DNA from: Candidatus Thorarchaeota archaeon
GTDB lineage: Archaea; Asgardarchaeota; Thorarchaeia; Thorarchaeales; Thorarchaeaceae
Assembly (NCBI GenBank): GCA_963726195.1
Contig: CAVSBO010000004.1
Location: 256,001-320,000 of the forward strand
Reading direction: 5' to 3'
Length of the DNA stretch: 64,000 nucleotides
Positions 8,650-17,448 of the stretch are shown here, in pieces (the first letter of the stretch is position 1; every line of letters starts with the position of its first letter). The notes below the pieces were generated by a model that worked only from the letters and a program-made list of their open reading frames with translations, ran no database searches and was not told where the DNA came from. The translations under genes and the position numbers were made by a program.

Positions 8650-10836
8650 TTACACGTACCCTGTCAGCGCTTCGGCTTTCTGTGGTTGACGTCTGAGAAT
8701 CACCTCAGCTATCTCCTGGAAGCGTTTCAGGTCGTCAGGACTAATGCTTGGTCGTACCTCGTGTAGGGCCTCGTCGAAATGCTTCATTTCGACGGGCTTG
8801 ACTTTCCAGTTGTTCCTGACTGCGGCCATTGCTGCCTCTCTGCACAGACCTTCTATGTCAGCTCCGGAGAATCCGTCTGTGAGGTCTGCCAATCGCTCAA
8901 GGTTCACGTCCTTAGCTAGGGGCATTTTCCTAGTGTGGACCTTGAGGATTTCTAGCCGAGCGGCTCTGTCGGGTGGCGGCACGAAGAGAACGGCGTCAAA
9001 CCTTCCCGGCCTCAGGACAGCGGGGTCAAGCATATCAGCACGGTTAGTGGCGCCGATAACCAACACGTTCTGCAGGGTCTGCATTCCGTCCACCTCTGCT
9101 AGGAACTGGTTAACGATTCTCTGGCTCACGCCCGAGTCATCTCGAGACCCTCTTGCGCTGAGAATCGCGTCAATCTCATCGAAGAACAGTATGCATGGTG
9201 CTACCTGCCGGGCTTTCTTGAAAATCTCGCGAACCGCCTTCTCTGATTCACCTACATACTTGTTGAAGAACTCAGGCCCCTTGACAGCGATGAAGTTCGC
9301 CTCACTCTCTGTTGCCACAGCCTTGGCAAGCAGTGTCTTCCCTGTGCCCGGGGGTCCAAAGAGCATTATGCCCTTGGGAGTTCTGATTCCCATGCCACTG
9401 AAGACCTCAGGGTGTTTGAGTGGCGCCTCGACGGCCTCCCTGAGCTGAGCCTTCACCTTTTCCAAGCCGCCGATGTCGTCCCATCGTACATTCGGCTTTT
9501 CGACCATTACTTCTCTAAGCGCGGATGGTGATACCTCGGTAAGAGCCGTCTCAAAGTCCGCTTGCGTCACAAAGAGACTGTTCAGAACATCAGGAGGAAT
9601 GTCTCCAGTCTCGGGATCAACATGCGGGAGTGCTCTACGCAGAGCCTGCATGGCTGCTTCTCGTGCTAGTGCTGCGAGATCGGCCCCCACGAATCCGTGA
9701 GTAATTGCTGCGAGCTTCTCAAGGTCGAGACCCTGTTCAAGAGGCATAGCCCTTGTATGTATTTGAAGAATCTCAAGGCGACCTTTCTTGTCAGGGACTC
9801 CTAGCACTATTTCTCTGTCAAACCTGCCGGGCCTTCTGAGAGCAGGATCTAAGTCGTCTGGCCGATTGGTCGCACCGATTACTATGACCTGACCACGGGT
9901 CTGTAGACCATCCATTAGTGCCAAGAGCTGAGCCACGACCCTTCTTTCTACTTCCCCTGTCACTTCTGCTCGCTTGGGCGCAATGCTGTCAATCTCATCG
10001 ATGAAGATGATGCTCGGAGCATTCTTTTCTGCGTCGTCAAAGACCTCTCTTAGCTTCTGCTCGGACTCACCATAGAACTTGGACATTATCTCAGGTCCGT
10101 TTATGGTCTTGAACGTCGCTCCTGATTCGTTGGCAACTGCTTTTGCTATCAATGTCTTTCCGGTACCTGGAGGTCCTGTAAGCAATACACCCTTTGGAGG
10201 TGCAATTCCCAAGCGCTTGAACAGCTCGGGTGACTTCATGGGCAGTTCAATCATTTCGCGTATCTTCTGCAGCTCTTTTCCTAAGCCGCCAATATCCTCG
10301 TACGTGACCTGAGGAATGGACACCTCTTCGGGAGCAGCTGGTCCTGTCCGGACTTCGACCTTTGTCTCAGGTGTTACGCGAGCATGCTTGGCCGGAGCGA
10401 CGGTCGTGACTGTGAATTGAAGGCCTTGGCCGATGGATGCAACTAGCAAAGCATCTCCTCTTGTAACGGGCTTGTTGATGATTTGCTGCTTAATGTACTC
10501 CTCAAATCCAGGCTGAAATCTCACAGGCTGGCTTGGAGCCAAGACGATTCGCGATGCTTCGGAGAGGGTTATGGCCGAGACCTCAACCACATCGCCTAGC
10601 TTCACCCCGGCATTGCTTCTGATGAGGCCGTCCATTCTTATCATATCAAGAATCTCATCTTCTTTGAGTGCGGGCCAGCAAACGGCAACGGTTTCCTTGC
10701 TGGCTTTGAGAAGAACGTAGTCACCAGATCTGACTCCGAGTTGATTCCTCACATCACTGTTCAGTCTGACAATGCCTCGGCCTTGATCCCTCGGCATGGC
10801 CGCGGCAACCTTTAAGCTCACTGACTCTCCCGGCAT
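8650..10836 (-). CDS. cdc48: Cdc48/p97/VAT family double AAA+ ATPase
   Basis: N-domain (DQGRGIVRL), two GPPGTGKT Walker A motifs, FIDEID/FFDEID Walker B, ALRRPGRFD/AVLRPGRFD, C-terminal GYV. Confidence 0.97.
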   Translation of the reverse strand: MPGESVSLKVAAAMPRDQGRGIVRLNSDVRNQLGVRSGDYVLLKASKETVAVCWPALKEDEILDMIRMDGLIRSNAGVKLGDVVEVSAITLSEASRIVLAPSQPVRFQPGFEEYIKQQIINKPVTRGDALLVASIGQGLQFTVTTVAPAKHARVTPETKVEVRTGPAAPEEVSIPQVTYEDIGGLGKELQKIREMIELPMKSPELFKRLGIAPPKGVLLTGPPGTGKTLIAKAVANESGATFKTINGPEIMSKFYGESEQKLREVFDDAEKNAPSIIFIDEIDSIAPKRAEVTGEVERRVVAQLLALMDGLQTRGQVIVIGATNRPDDLDPALRRPGRFDREIVLGVPDKKGRLEILQIHTRAMPLEQGLDLEKLAAITHGFVGADLAALAREAAMQALRRALPHVDPETGDIPPDVLNSLFVTQADFETALTEVSPSALREVMVEKPNVRWDDIGGLEKVKAQLREAVEAPLKHPEVFSGMGIRTPKGIMLFGPPGTGKTLLAKAVATESEANFIAVKGPEFFNKYVGESEKAVREIFKKARQVAPCILFFDEIDAILSARGSRDDSGVSQRIVNQFLAEVDGMQTLQNVLVIGATNRADMLDPAVLRPGRFDAVLFVPPPDRAARLEILKVHTRKMPLAKDVNLERLADLTDGFSGADIEGLCREAAMAAVRNNWKVKPVEMKHFDEALHEVRPSISPDDLKRFQEIAEVILRRQPQKAEALTGYV

Positions 10837-10862
10837 TCTTTCCTCTCCTCGCTTCGGTTTTG

Positions 10863-11285
10863 CTACTCTTTTGAGCCAATCTCCTCTTCACTATTAAGAG
10901 TCTTTGGAAGGTGCATCTCCATCACGCCGTTCCTAACGGATGTGTTTGATTTCTTCAAACTCACGTTGTAGGGCAAATCAAACTTGAGTTCTCTGTCGTT
11001 ATCACCGTCAATCTTGACTGTTAGCTGTCGGTTCTTGATGACTGCTCGCGGTCTCGCAGCGTCTGACACTCCGTCGACTGCGATAAGAATGCTGTCTCCT
11101 AAATCGATCATTTCTCCATGATCTTCGTTACTCTCTATCTCGGACTCAAAGCGCTGCTCGTCTGAGCCTTCGTCGTGGTCGTCTGATTCTGCATCTAGAG
11201 AGCTGAAAGGACTCATCCTAAGCATGTCCGACATCATTCTGCCAAACAGCTGGTCCACTATTCTCTTGAAGTCATCATCAATCAT
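10863..11285 (-). CDS. Small heat-shock protein (Hsp20/alpha-crystallin-like)
   Basis: Probable start MIDDDFKRIVDQLF; C-terminal FDLPYNV...SVRNGVMEMHLPK; directly upstream of cdc48, a common archaeal arrangement. Confidence 0.8.
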   Translation of the reverse strand: MIDDDFKRIVDQLFGRMMSDMLRMSPFSSLDAESDDHDEGSDEQRFESEIESNEDHGEMIDLGDSILIAVDGVSDAARPRAVIKNRQLTVKIDGDNDRELKFDLPYNVSLKKSNTSVRNGVMEMHLPKTLNSEEEIGSKE

Positions 11286-11374
11286 AGTTCCCTCATCTCT
11301 TGGTGAGGTCCCGGGCGGCTGTTCACCGCCCTGAGAGTCACGTTCGGGACCTCTGTACAGCTTGGTACAGTGGG

Positions 11375-11422
11375 CTAGGGACCACTTTGTACCATAGCCA
11401 CTAGGGACCACTTTGTATATAA
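11375..11422 (-). promoter_or_regulatory. hsp20-cdc48 promoter: TATA box plus two perfect 17-bp direct repeats
   Basis: CTAGGGACCACTTTGTA at 11375-11391 and 11401-11417; TTATATA on the minus strand at 11416-11422. Confidence 0.65.
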
Positions 11423-11645
11423 GGTTTATGAACTGCATGCGTGTCTCAAGGGCGGGAGGTACACAGCTCTGAGCTGAATTCTCAGGATGGGCCTTCACGG
11501 TCGGCTTCACACCTCAACTGTCTTGTTCTTGCCAAAACCACGTTACTATTCCATTCCTAGAAACGAGCCGGAAGGAATATGGATATAACAAAACTCAATC
11601 ACTCTGACAGCATACGAAGCAAACACGATTCGGAGGATGTGCGAC

Positions 11646-12554
11646 ATGGTCCGATGCTCTCTATGCGGGCAGGAAGAACTCTGTTTCACCTGTCAATACT
11701 GCAAGGGAGTGTTTTGTGCCGAGCACCGTCTTCCGGAGAGCCACGGATGTCCGAGCCTGCAAAGAGCTCGTGATGATGCTAGGAAGAGGATAGCCGATTC
11801 GTTCAGTGGCGAGTACTTAGAGGAAGAAGAAGACACCGAGGAGAACACGACTTCTGTTCGGGCGCCAGTCATAAGACGGCCTCTAGAAGCTCGTCCAGCG
11901 ACACGGTCGAGGTTTTCATCCCAAGAGAAGAGAGACATTGTCATTGCTTCAGTTCTCGTCAGCTTGGTCGCGTTGTCCATGATAGGGAGTCCTAGCGGAA
12001 TAGTCTCAACGCTGCTCATTCTCCCTAGCATAATCTCCGCTGGGTTGTGGTGGTACCCGACGACGCTTGTCATCATCTTTCTCTCATCATTCATGATACA
12101 CGAGATGGCCCACAAGTTCGTGGCACAGCACTATGGGATGTGGAGCGAGTTCAGGATGCTGCCCTATGGCTACTTCCTGTCAGCCATGGCAATACTGTTC
12201 TCAATTCCTGTGTTTGGTACTGGCGCAGTGTTCACATCGGGATCTACGAGTCCTGACAGGGATGCCAAGTCGACCTTGGCTGGCCCCTTGTCAAACGCTG
12301 TCTTGGCCTCGATATTCACGGTCGTTGGTGTAATTGCATTCCTCTTCACAGGACTGCACTTCCCGTTTAGCTATGTGATACAATATGCAGCAGCTCTGAA
12401 TAGCATGCTCGGTTTGTTCAACCTGATACCATTTCCTCCGTTTGATGGGGCCCGAATCGTGCTATGGAGGAAAGGAGTTTGGGCCGCCATGCTTGTAGCG
12501 CTGTTTGCTTTGCTGATTGCAGACTATTGGTTCATCCCGATGCTCTGGAGTTAA
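11646..12554 (+). CDS. AN1-type zinc finger fused to M50 (site-2) intramembrane metalloprotease
   Basis: CSLC-x6-CQYC-x3-CAEHRLPESHGC; HEMAH; AGPLSN; FNLIPFPPFDG; several TM helices; GGAGG upstream. Confidence 0.9.
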   Translation: MVRCSLCGQEELCFTCQYCKGVFCAEHRLPESHGCPSLQRARDDARKRIADSFSGEYLEEEEDTEENTTSVRAPVIRRPLEARPATRSRFSSQEKRDIVIASVLVSLVALSMIGSPSGIVSTLLILPSIISAGLWWYPTTLVIIFLSSFMIHEMAHKFVAQHYGMWSEFRMLPYGYFLSAMAILFSIPVFGTGAVFTSGSTSPDRDAKSTLAGPLSNAVLASIFTVVGVIAFLFTGLHFPFSYVIQYAAALNSMLGLFNLIPFPPFDGARIVLWRKGVWAAMLVALFALLIADYWFIPMLWS

Positions 12555-12626
12555 CGCAATCGAGGCACTAGCTGCCTAGACTGAACGGATTCGCGAACTG
12601 AAAACAGGCCTGGGTAAGTTCTCTCC

Positions 12627-13178
12627 ATGAGTGACGTGGCCTGTGCATGTGAAACTCATATAAGCGACTCCCATTGCATAAGACTGAGGCGAGCGAAATG
12701 GAATCCGAAAGAAGAGAACGTGCTTCGGCAATTCGACAGTATGAGAACAAGGATTGAAGGACTTCTCGACAACCTTGAGAAAGCGAGTCAATCCTCAAGT
12801 GATTTGGACGAGATCACGAAGGAGCGCGACGAGCTGAAAGCTCAGATGATGCAGATAACCGGAAAGCTTGAGCGGGTCTCGGAACTCTATAGAGAAGCCT
12901 CCACTGAAAAGGATAAGCTCAAAGAAAAAGTGGACGTAAGCGGCCTGCTTGCGATTTACATAACGCTCATTGAGACAGTCTTTGGAGGAAAGCCCCACGC
13001 CCGTGTCCTCTACACTTTACATAACACGAAGAAGGCAATCACTAGGAAGAACCTGGAGTCAAGCACGGGTATTATGTCAACCGCAATCATGAAAGCTATT
13101 CATGATCTCCGGAACTCCAATCTGGTGTCATACGACGAAGACACGCAAGAAGTGAAGCTAATCAAGGACATCTTCTAG
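12627..13178 (+). CDS. Coiled-coil + C-terminal winged-helix protein
   Basis: Heptad region then PHARVLYTL...ITRKNLESSTG...AIHDLRNSNLVSYDE. The true start may be ATG 12698 with a 1-nt indel. Confidence 0.7.
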   Translation: MSDVACACETHISDSHCIRLRRAKWNPKEENVLRQFDSMRTRIEGLLDNLEKASQSSSDLDEITKERDELKAQMMQITGKLERVSELYREASTEKDKLKEKVDVSGLLAIYITLIETVFGGKPHARVLYTLHNTKKAITRKNLESSTGIMSTAIMKAIHDLRNSNLVSYDEDTQEVKLIKDIF

Positions 13179-13226
13179 TGGCAACGCGCTCTCCAGCGCG
13201 CAGCCTGAACAAAGAGTGGGCAACAC

Positions 13227-14231
13227 ATGCATTCGAGAATCACTTACAGCCCCGTTCTGAGAAAGTACGTGAAAGCGCACAACTTGGAAGAGAAGCTATA
13301 TTCGATAGTAGATCTACTGGGCACTGATGCTCAAGATGTCATAAGATGGGCGGAGTCGGAAGCCAGCCGCAGGAATCGGGAAGGGTCCGCCCCGGAGAAT
13401 TCGGATCTTGGAAAAGTCATGTTCGAGCTCATAGGGAATGAAGCCGCGGTCAGACTGATTCAGTACAACGAATCGAGAGGTAGATTGACAACTCGGAGTG
13501 AAGTGAGTCTTAGGACAGGACACAGGGCTGACATGCCCTACCTGTATCAGGAGGCGGGATTGAGGCATCCTCAGGAGGCTAGGAATCTCCGCCATAATTT
13601 GTTTCATCGGTCCTTCACCGCCTTGGTCTCACGTATATTTCCAGATGTGACCACAAGTGTGCCTGTCACAGGTGAAGGTTTGACGCCTGACCTCATGGTG
13701 AACCACAGGAATCCTGACTGGACGCTCTGTGTCGAATACAAGGGTTATCGCTCCATGACGCTTCTGAGTGAAGCAGAAATCATCAAGGCCATGCGATATC
13801 AGCAGGCCTACGGTTCTGCATGGCTTGTCACAACAACCATGAAGACAGTTCAGTCTCTCTACGGCAGCAAACTCTCGTCCGAGAAGCTAATTGAGGGCGG
13901 CATTGTCAGACTTGAGCGAATCACGAAGCGGAAGACCTTCACCGACGAACAACGGGAAATCAGGGGCATTGCAAAGAAGGGTCTTTTGCAGCTCGAGAAA
14001 GTGCGCGGCATGAGCCTGCGGTGCGATCTAGTATCTGCAGATGACATGATTGCGTCCTGTCGTCAAGGAACTCCAATCAAGGCCTTGGCGATAACTACTG
14101 GCCTTGAACTGGCTGAGATGCTTGACAAAGAAGGCCTAGGAGAGCAGGCCACACAGATCAGAAGAGTGATGAAGGTGCCAACGGACCTTCTACATAGCGA
14201 CTCGGTGACGTCACTTCGGCTCTTGAGCTGA
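13227..14231 (+). CDS. PD-(D/E)XK restriction-endonuclease-like fold protein
   Basis: TPDLMV...CVEYKG, followed by KAMRY and AWLVTT. Confidence 0.65.
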   Translation: MHSRITYSPVLRKYVKAHNLEEKLYSIVDLLGTDAQDVIRWAESEASRRNREGSAPENSDLGKVMFELIGNEAAVRLIQYNESRGRLTTRSEVSLRTGHRADMPYLYQEAGLRHPQEARNLRHNLFHRSFTALVSRIFPDVTTSVPVTGEGLTPDLMVNHRNPDWTLCVEYKGYRSMTLLSEAEIIKAMRYQQAYGSAWLVTTTMKTVQSLYGSKLSSEKLIEGGIVRLERITKRKTFTDEQREIRGIAKKGLLQLEKVRGMSLRCDLVSADDMIASCRQGTPIKALAITTGLELAEMLDKEGLGEQATQIRRVMKVPTDLLHSDSVTSLRLLS

Positions 14232-14293
14232 GTTCACATATCGTTGCCATCGACCATGCCTGACGAACCATTTGCGCCAAGCTTTATCAGTCT

Positions 14294-14749
14294 GTGGCAG
14301 TCTCAGCTCGCACGTTAACTCTGAAGAAGCTGTTCGTCTTGCCGGAAGCCAGGCATTCAAGACAATTGAGCGCGAAGAGCGTGCCCTCTCATCTTAGGGA
14401 GCTGCTGAAGGACCTATGCACCACATCACCCGTGCTTGGAGCAGCCATCTTCACTGTTGAGGGACTACCTTTTGTTAGCTACTTCAACACGGGCACTGAA
14501 GACGTCACTGTTGCTGCCATGGTTGCCAGTCTTCATTCCACAAGTGTTCAGATGCTCAACGAACTACGACAAGGTTCCCTAAAGTCAATAATCATAGAAG
14601 GCACAGGCGGAAAGACAGTCGTAGTGTCTGTTCCACCTGGGTATGTCTTGGCAGTTATCGCTCCTGATATCGCGCGGACGGGACTTGTGTTCGGCGATGC
14701 TAAACGTGTCGCAAGAGAATGCACCAGACTAATCGAGCAAGTTGGTTGA
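14294..14749 (+). CDS. Roadblock/LC7 domain protein (start may be 14366 or 14381)
   Basis: GAAIFTVEGLP, VAAMVASL, ELRQGSLKSIIIEG, TGLVFGDAKRVA. Confidence 0.9.
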   Translation: MAVSARTLTLKKLFVLPEARHSRQLSAKSVPSHLRELLKDLCTTSPVLGAAIFTVEGLPFVSYFNTGTEDVTVAAMVASLHSTSVQMLNELRQGSLKSIIIEGTGGKTVVVSVPPGYVLAVIAPDIARTGLVFGDAKRVARECTRLIEQVG

Positions 14750-14760
14750 GCGAGTCTCGA

Positions 14761-15595
14761 ATGACAGAATCCTATCCGTTTCAGCACCACCCTTGTTGGT
14801 CGGAGAGTAGAACAGAGCTTTGGGAAAGAATCCACCTTCCGGTAGCGAGAGGCTGTAATGTCAAGTGTGCGTTTTGCGACGGCCTCTCTGCAGTCTCTTG
14901 TCACGTGCAGCGTCCCGGCACTGCAAGTCGAACGATGCCAGCTGAGCGTGCAGTCGAAGTTGCGAAGAGAGAATTGAGTCGGCGAGCAAATCTTCATATA
15001 GTCGCAGTCGCGGGTCCCGGTGAACCTTTGGCTAATGCTGCCACTTTCGAGGTTATGAACAAGCTGAGTCGACAGCTGTCCCAAAGTTCACTTCTGTCTG
15101 AGCACGAACGGAGTCCTTCTGGCAGATAGGGTGAACAAGCTTGTCCGTCTGGGCATTGAGAGCCTGAGCGTCTCCATGAGTACAAGTGAGCCTGCAACTG
15201 CCGCAACAATCTATGAATGGGCCGAACTCTGTGGGACGCGGGTTACTGGAATCGGCATGGGCAAGAGAATCGTGGAGATGCAGCTAGCCGGAATCAGACA
15301 AGCAACAGATGCGGGAATTCACGTGAAGATCAATTCGGTGCTTATCCCCGAAGTGAACGATGAAGACATTGCCACGTTGGCCGAGGACGCGGCCTTCGCG
15401 GGGGCTGAACTTCAGAACATTATTCCACTAGTGCCTTGTGGGACGATGTCGACGTATAGACCGCCAAGTTGCGAGGAACTAGAACAAGCAAGAGCAGGGG
15501 CTCGCAAGCATATCAAGCAGTTCTGCAGTTGCCGTCAGTGCAGGGCAGACGTGGTTGGCATTCCCGGTGCTGACACTTTGATCTGGAGTGGTTAG
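14761..15595 (+). CDS. nifB: NifB-like radical SAM protein (frameshift at ~15081)
   Basis: HPCW, RIHLPVARGCNVKCAFC, QRPG, VAGPGEPLAN, CLSTNG after frame repair, KINSVLIPEVND, NIIPLVP, CRQCRAD. Confidence 0.8.
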
Positions 15596-16422
15596 AGAAC
15601 CACCAAGCATCCAACCTCGACGAGTTTGTTGACCAGAAACCAAATTGCGTTTCTGTCGTACTGCAGAGAATCCATAATGTCCTTGACGCGTCTCGTTCCA
15701 TCACAGACTTTCAGTATATCGTCCACTGGCTCTCCATATTCTCCTCTCAGTTTCTGCAGTGCTGATGGACTGCAGTCTCGCTTGCCGAGCCTATCCGAAT
15801 CTACAAGCTTCTTCTTGAATTCAATCCATCCATACTTCTGCAGAATCGAGACGAGGGCCACAACTTGGGTTTCAGGCAGGTCAATGAGATTCATAATCTC
15901 GCCAATCGTGCGCTTCCCATTGATGTATCCTTCAAGCCTCTCGAGCTGACTGTCAATCACGCCGACCCGGAACGGTATGTGCTGACCTTCCTTTCGACGT
16001 AGTGGAACCAGGTTGACATCGGGTTCGCTATAGGGAAACTCAGTAAGTATGGTCCAAGCAAACTCCCTGAATCGCCTTATGTCTCCTTCGAAGGCCCTGA
16101 TCTTCTCGCCATGTTCCTCTTCGAGGAGCCTGAGAATCTTGACAAGGCGTTCACGATAGGGGGCTTCGTCAGGTACAGGGTCCACGACCAATAGGACGAG
16201 AACAGTCTCTCCCACTTCAATGAGAATATCATAGGCGGCTTTGCGGATTGTTCTAATGGGTGTCTTCGCGAAGATGATGACCGCCGACACAAACCCTGCT
16301 ATCAAGTCGGGATCAACTGTCATCTCTGCATACGGCACGCTCAAGATTGACTCGCCACCTTCAAGGCGAATCAAGGAAACGTACCGGACTTTGGACACAT
16401 CCAGCGGCATTCTTATCAACAC
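15592..16422 (-). CDS. Longin-like domain + two winged-helix repeats (NPRL2/NPRL3-like), paralog A
   Basis: DPDLIAGFVSAVIIF longin signature; LVP...YINGKRTIGEI...LQKYGWI; second repeat CDGTRRVKDI...LVEVGCL. Confidence 0.7.
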   Translation of the reverse strand: MLIRMPLDVSKVRYVSLIRLEGGESILSVPYAEMTVDPDLIAGFVSAVIIFAKTPIRTIRKAAYDILIEVGETVLVLLVVDPVPDEAPYRERLVKILRLLEEEHGEKIRAFEGDIRRFREFAWTILTEFPYSEPDVNLVPLRRKEGQHIPFRVGVIDSQLERLEGYINGKRTIGEIMNLIDLPETQVVALVSILQKYGWIEFKKKLVDSDRLGKRDCSPSALQKLRGEYGEPVDDILKVCDGTRRVKDIMDSLQYDRNAIWFLVNKLVEVGCLVVL

Positions 16423-16452
16423 CCGTTACTAACGCGGACACTGCCGGGAGGT

Positions 16453-16523
16453 GGCGGGAGAGCCGACGCTCTGTTGCAGTTGATATAAGGCTTCTCCTGT
16501 GTAGCAGAGCGGCGCTCTACGCC
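16453..16523 (+). other. Long imperfect inverted repeat / hairpin between the two longin paralogs
   Basis: CGCTCTGTTGCA pairs with TGTAGCAGAGCG (12 bp, 2 G-U), extended by AGAGC/GCTCT and GGCG/CGCC. Confidence 0.5.
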
Positions 16524-16561
16524 CAGAGAGAGACACGAAGTCTGAGTAATGCTGTCCATAA

Positions 16562-17406
16562 TCAGGCCTCAGTGAATCCAAGGACGCCTGCGTCCACAAG
16601 ACTCTTGGCCACGGTCAGCAACACTTCCATGCTGTAGGCAAGGAAAGCTGCCACATCCTTCAAGCTCTTGGTCCCATCGCAGAGCTCCACAAACCGGTTT
16701 ATTTGTTCGCCATATACTCCTACGAGAAACTTGTGAGGGTCGCTGAGCTTAACGAGGCAAGTTTCCTCTGTTATCTTTCTGCCAAAGGTTGTCCAGCCGA
16801 AATGATCGAGAATCGATATGATGGCCACCATGTCTTCTTGAGATAGGCCGGTCGATTGCATTATCCCATTTATCGTTCTCTTTCCGTTGATGAAGCTCAC
16901 AACGGTCTGGATCTCTTGTCAGCCTCGCCGACGCTCCAAGGTATGGGGGCGTACCCCTCGAATGCTGGGTCCGATTTCTTGGACAGTCTGGGGACTAGCT
17001 CCCATTCAAACCTGCTGTATGGATAGGCTCCAAGTATGTGCAAAGCAAACTCTCTGAAAGGTCTGACATCCCCTTTCCAACTCTCGAGCTGAACTCCATA
17101 CTCAGTCTCAAAGCTGTTGATGATGCTCTTCAAGACATCTCTGTAGGGGTCCTCGTCATCAACCCTGTCCAAGATGAGCAGCCCGACCATCTGTTTCCCC
17201 TCTTCGATTAGTACCACGTATCCCTCCTTCACAAACCTCCTCAATTGCCTATTCTCGAAAATGACCACTGCGAGCACGAAACTGGCGACCAAATCAGGGT
17301 CTACGCTCATCTCACGATAGGTGATGCCTATGACGGGTTCGCCACCCTCTTTTCGCACGAGCGAGATGTAGCGTACGTGTTCTTCGTAGCTGTTGGTCGC
17401 ACTCAT
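16562..17406 (-). CDS. Longin-like domain + two winged-helix repeats (NPRL2/NPRL3-like), paralog B (frameshift at ~16914)
   Basis: VRYISLVRKEGG...DPDLVASFVLAVVIF; FINGKRTINGI; CDGTKSLKDV. Collinear with paralog A once ORFs 16897..17406 and 16562..16900 are joined. Confidence 0.7.
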
Positions 17407-17448
17407 CTTACGTTTTCATTCACAATCTCAGATAATAAGATTGCATGT

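Noticed and set aside
8744-9448. Long antisense ORFs (here and opposite most large genes)
   Set aside because: Shadow frames of well-supported genes on the other strand.
11375-11417. Direct repeats as a mini-CRISPR
   Set aside because: Only two 17-bp units with a 9-bp spacer, and no cas genes.
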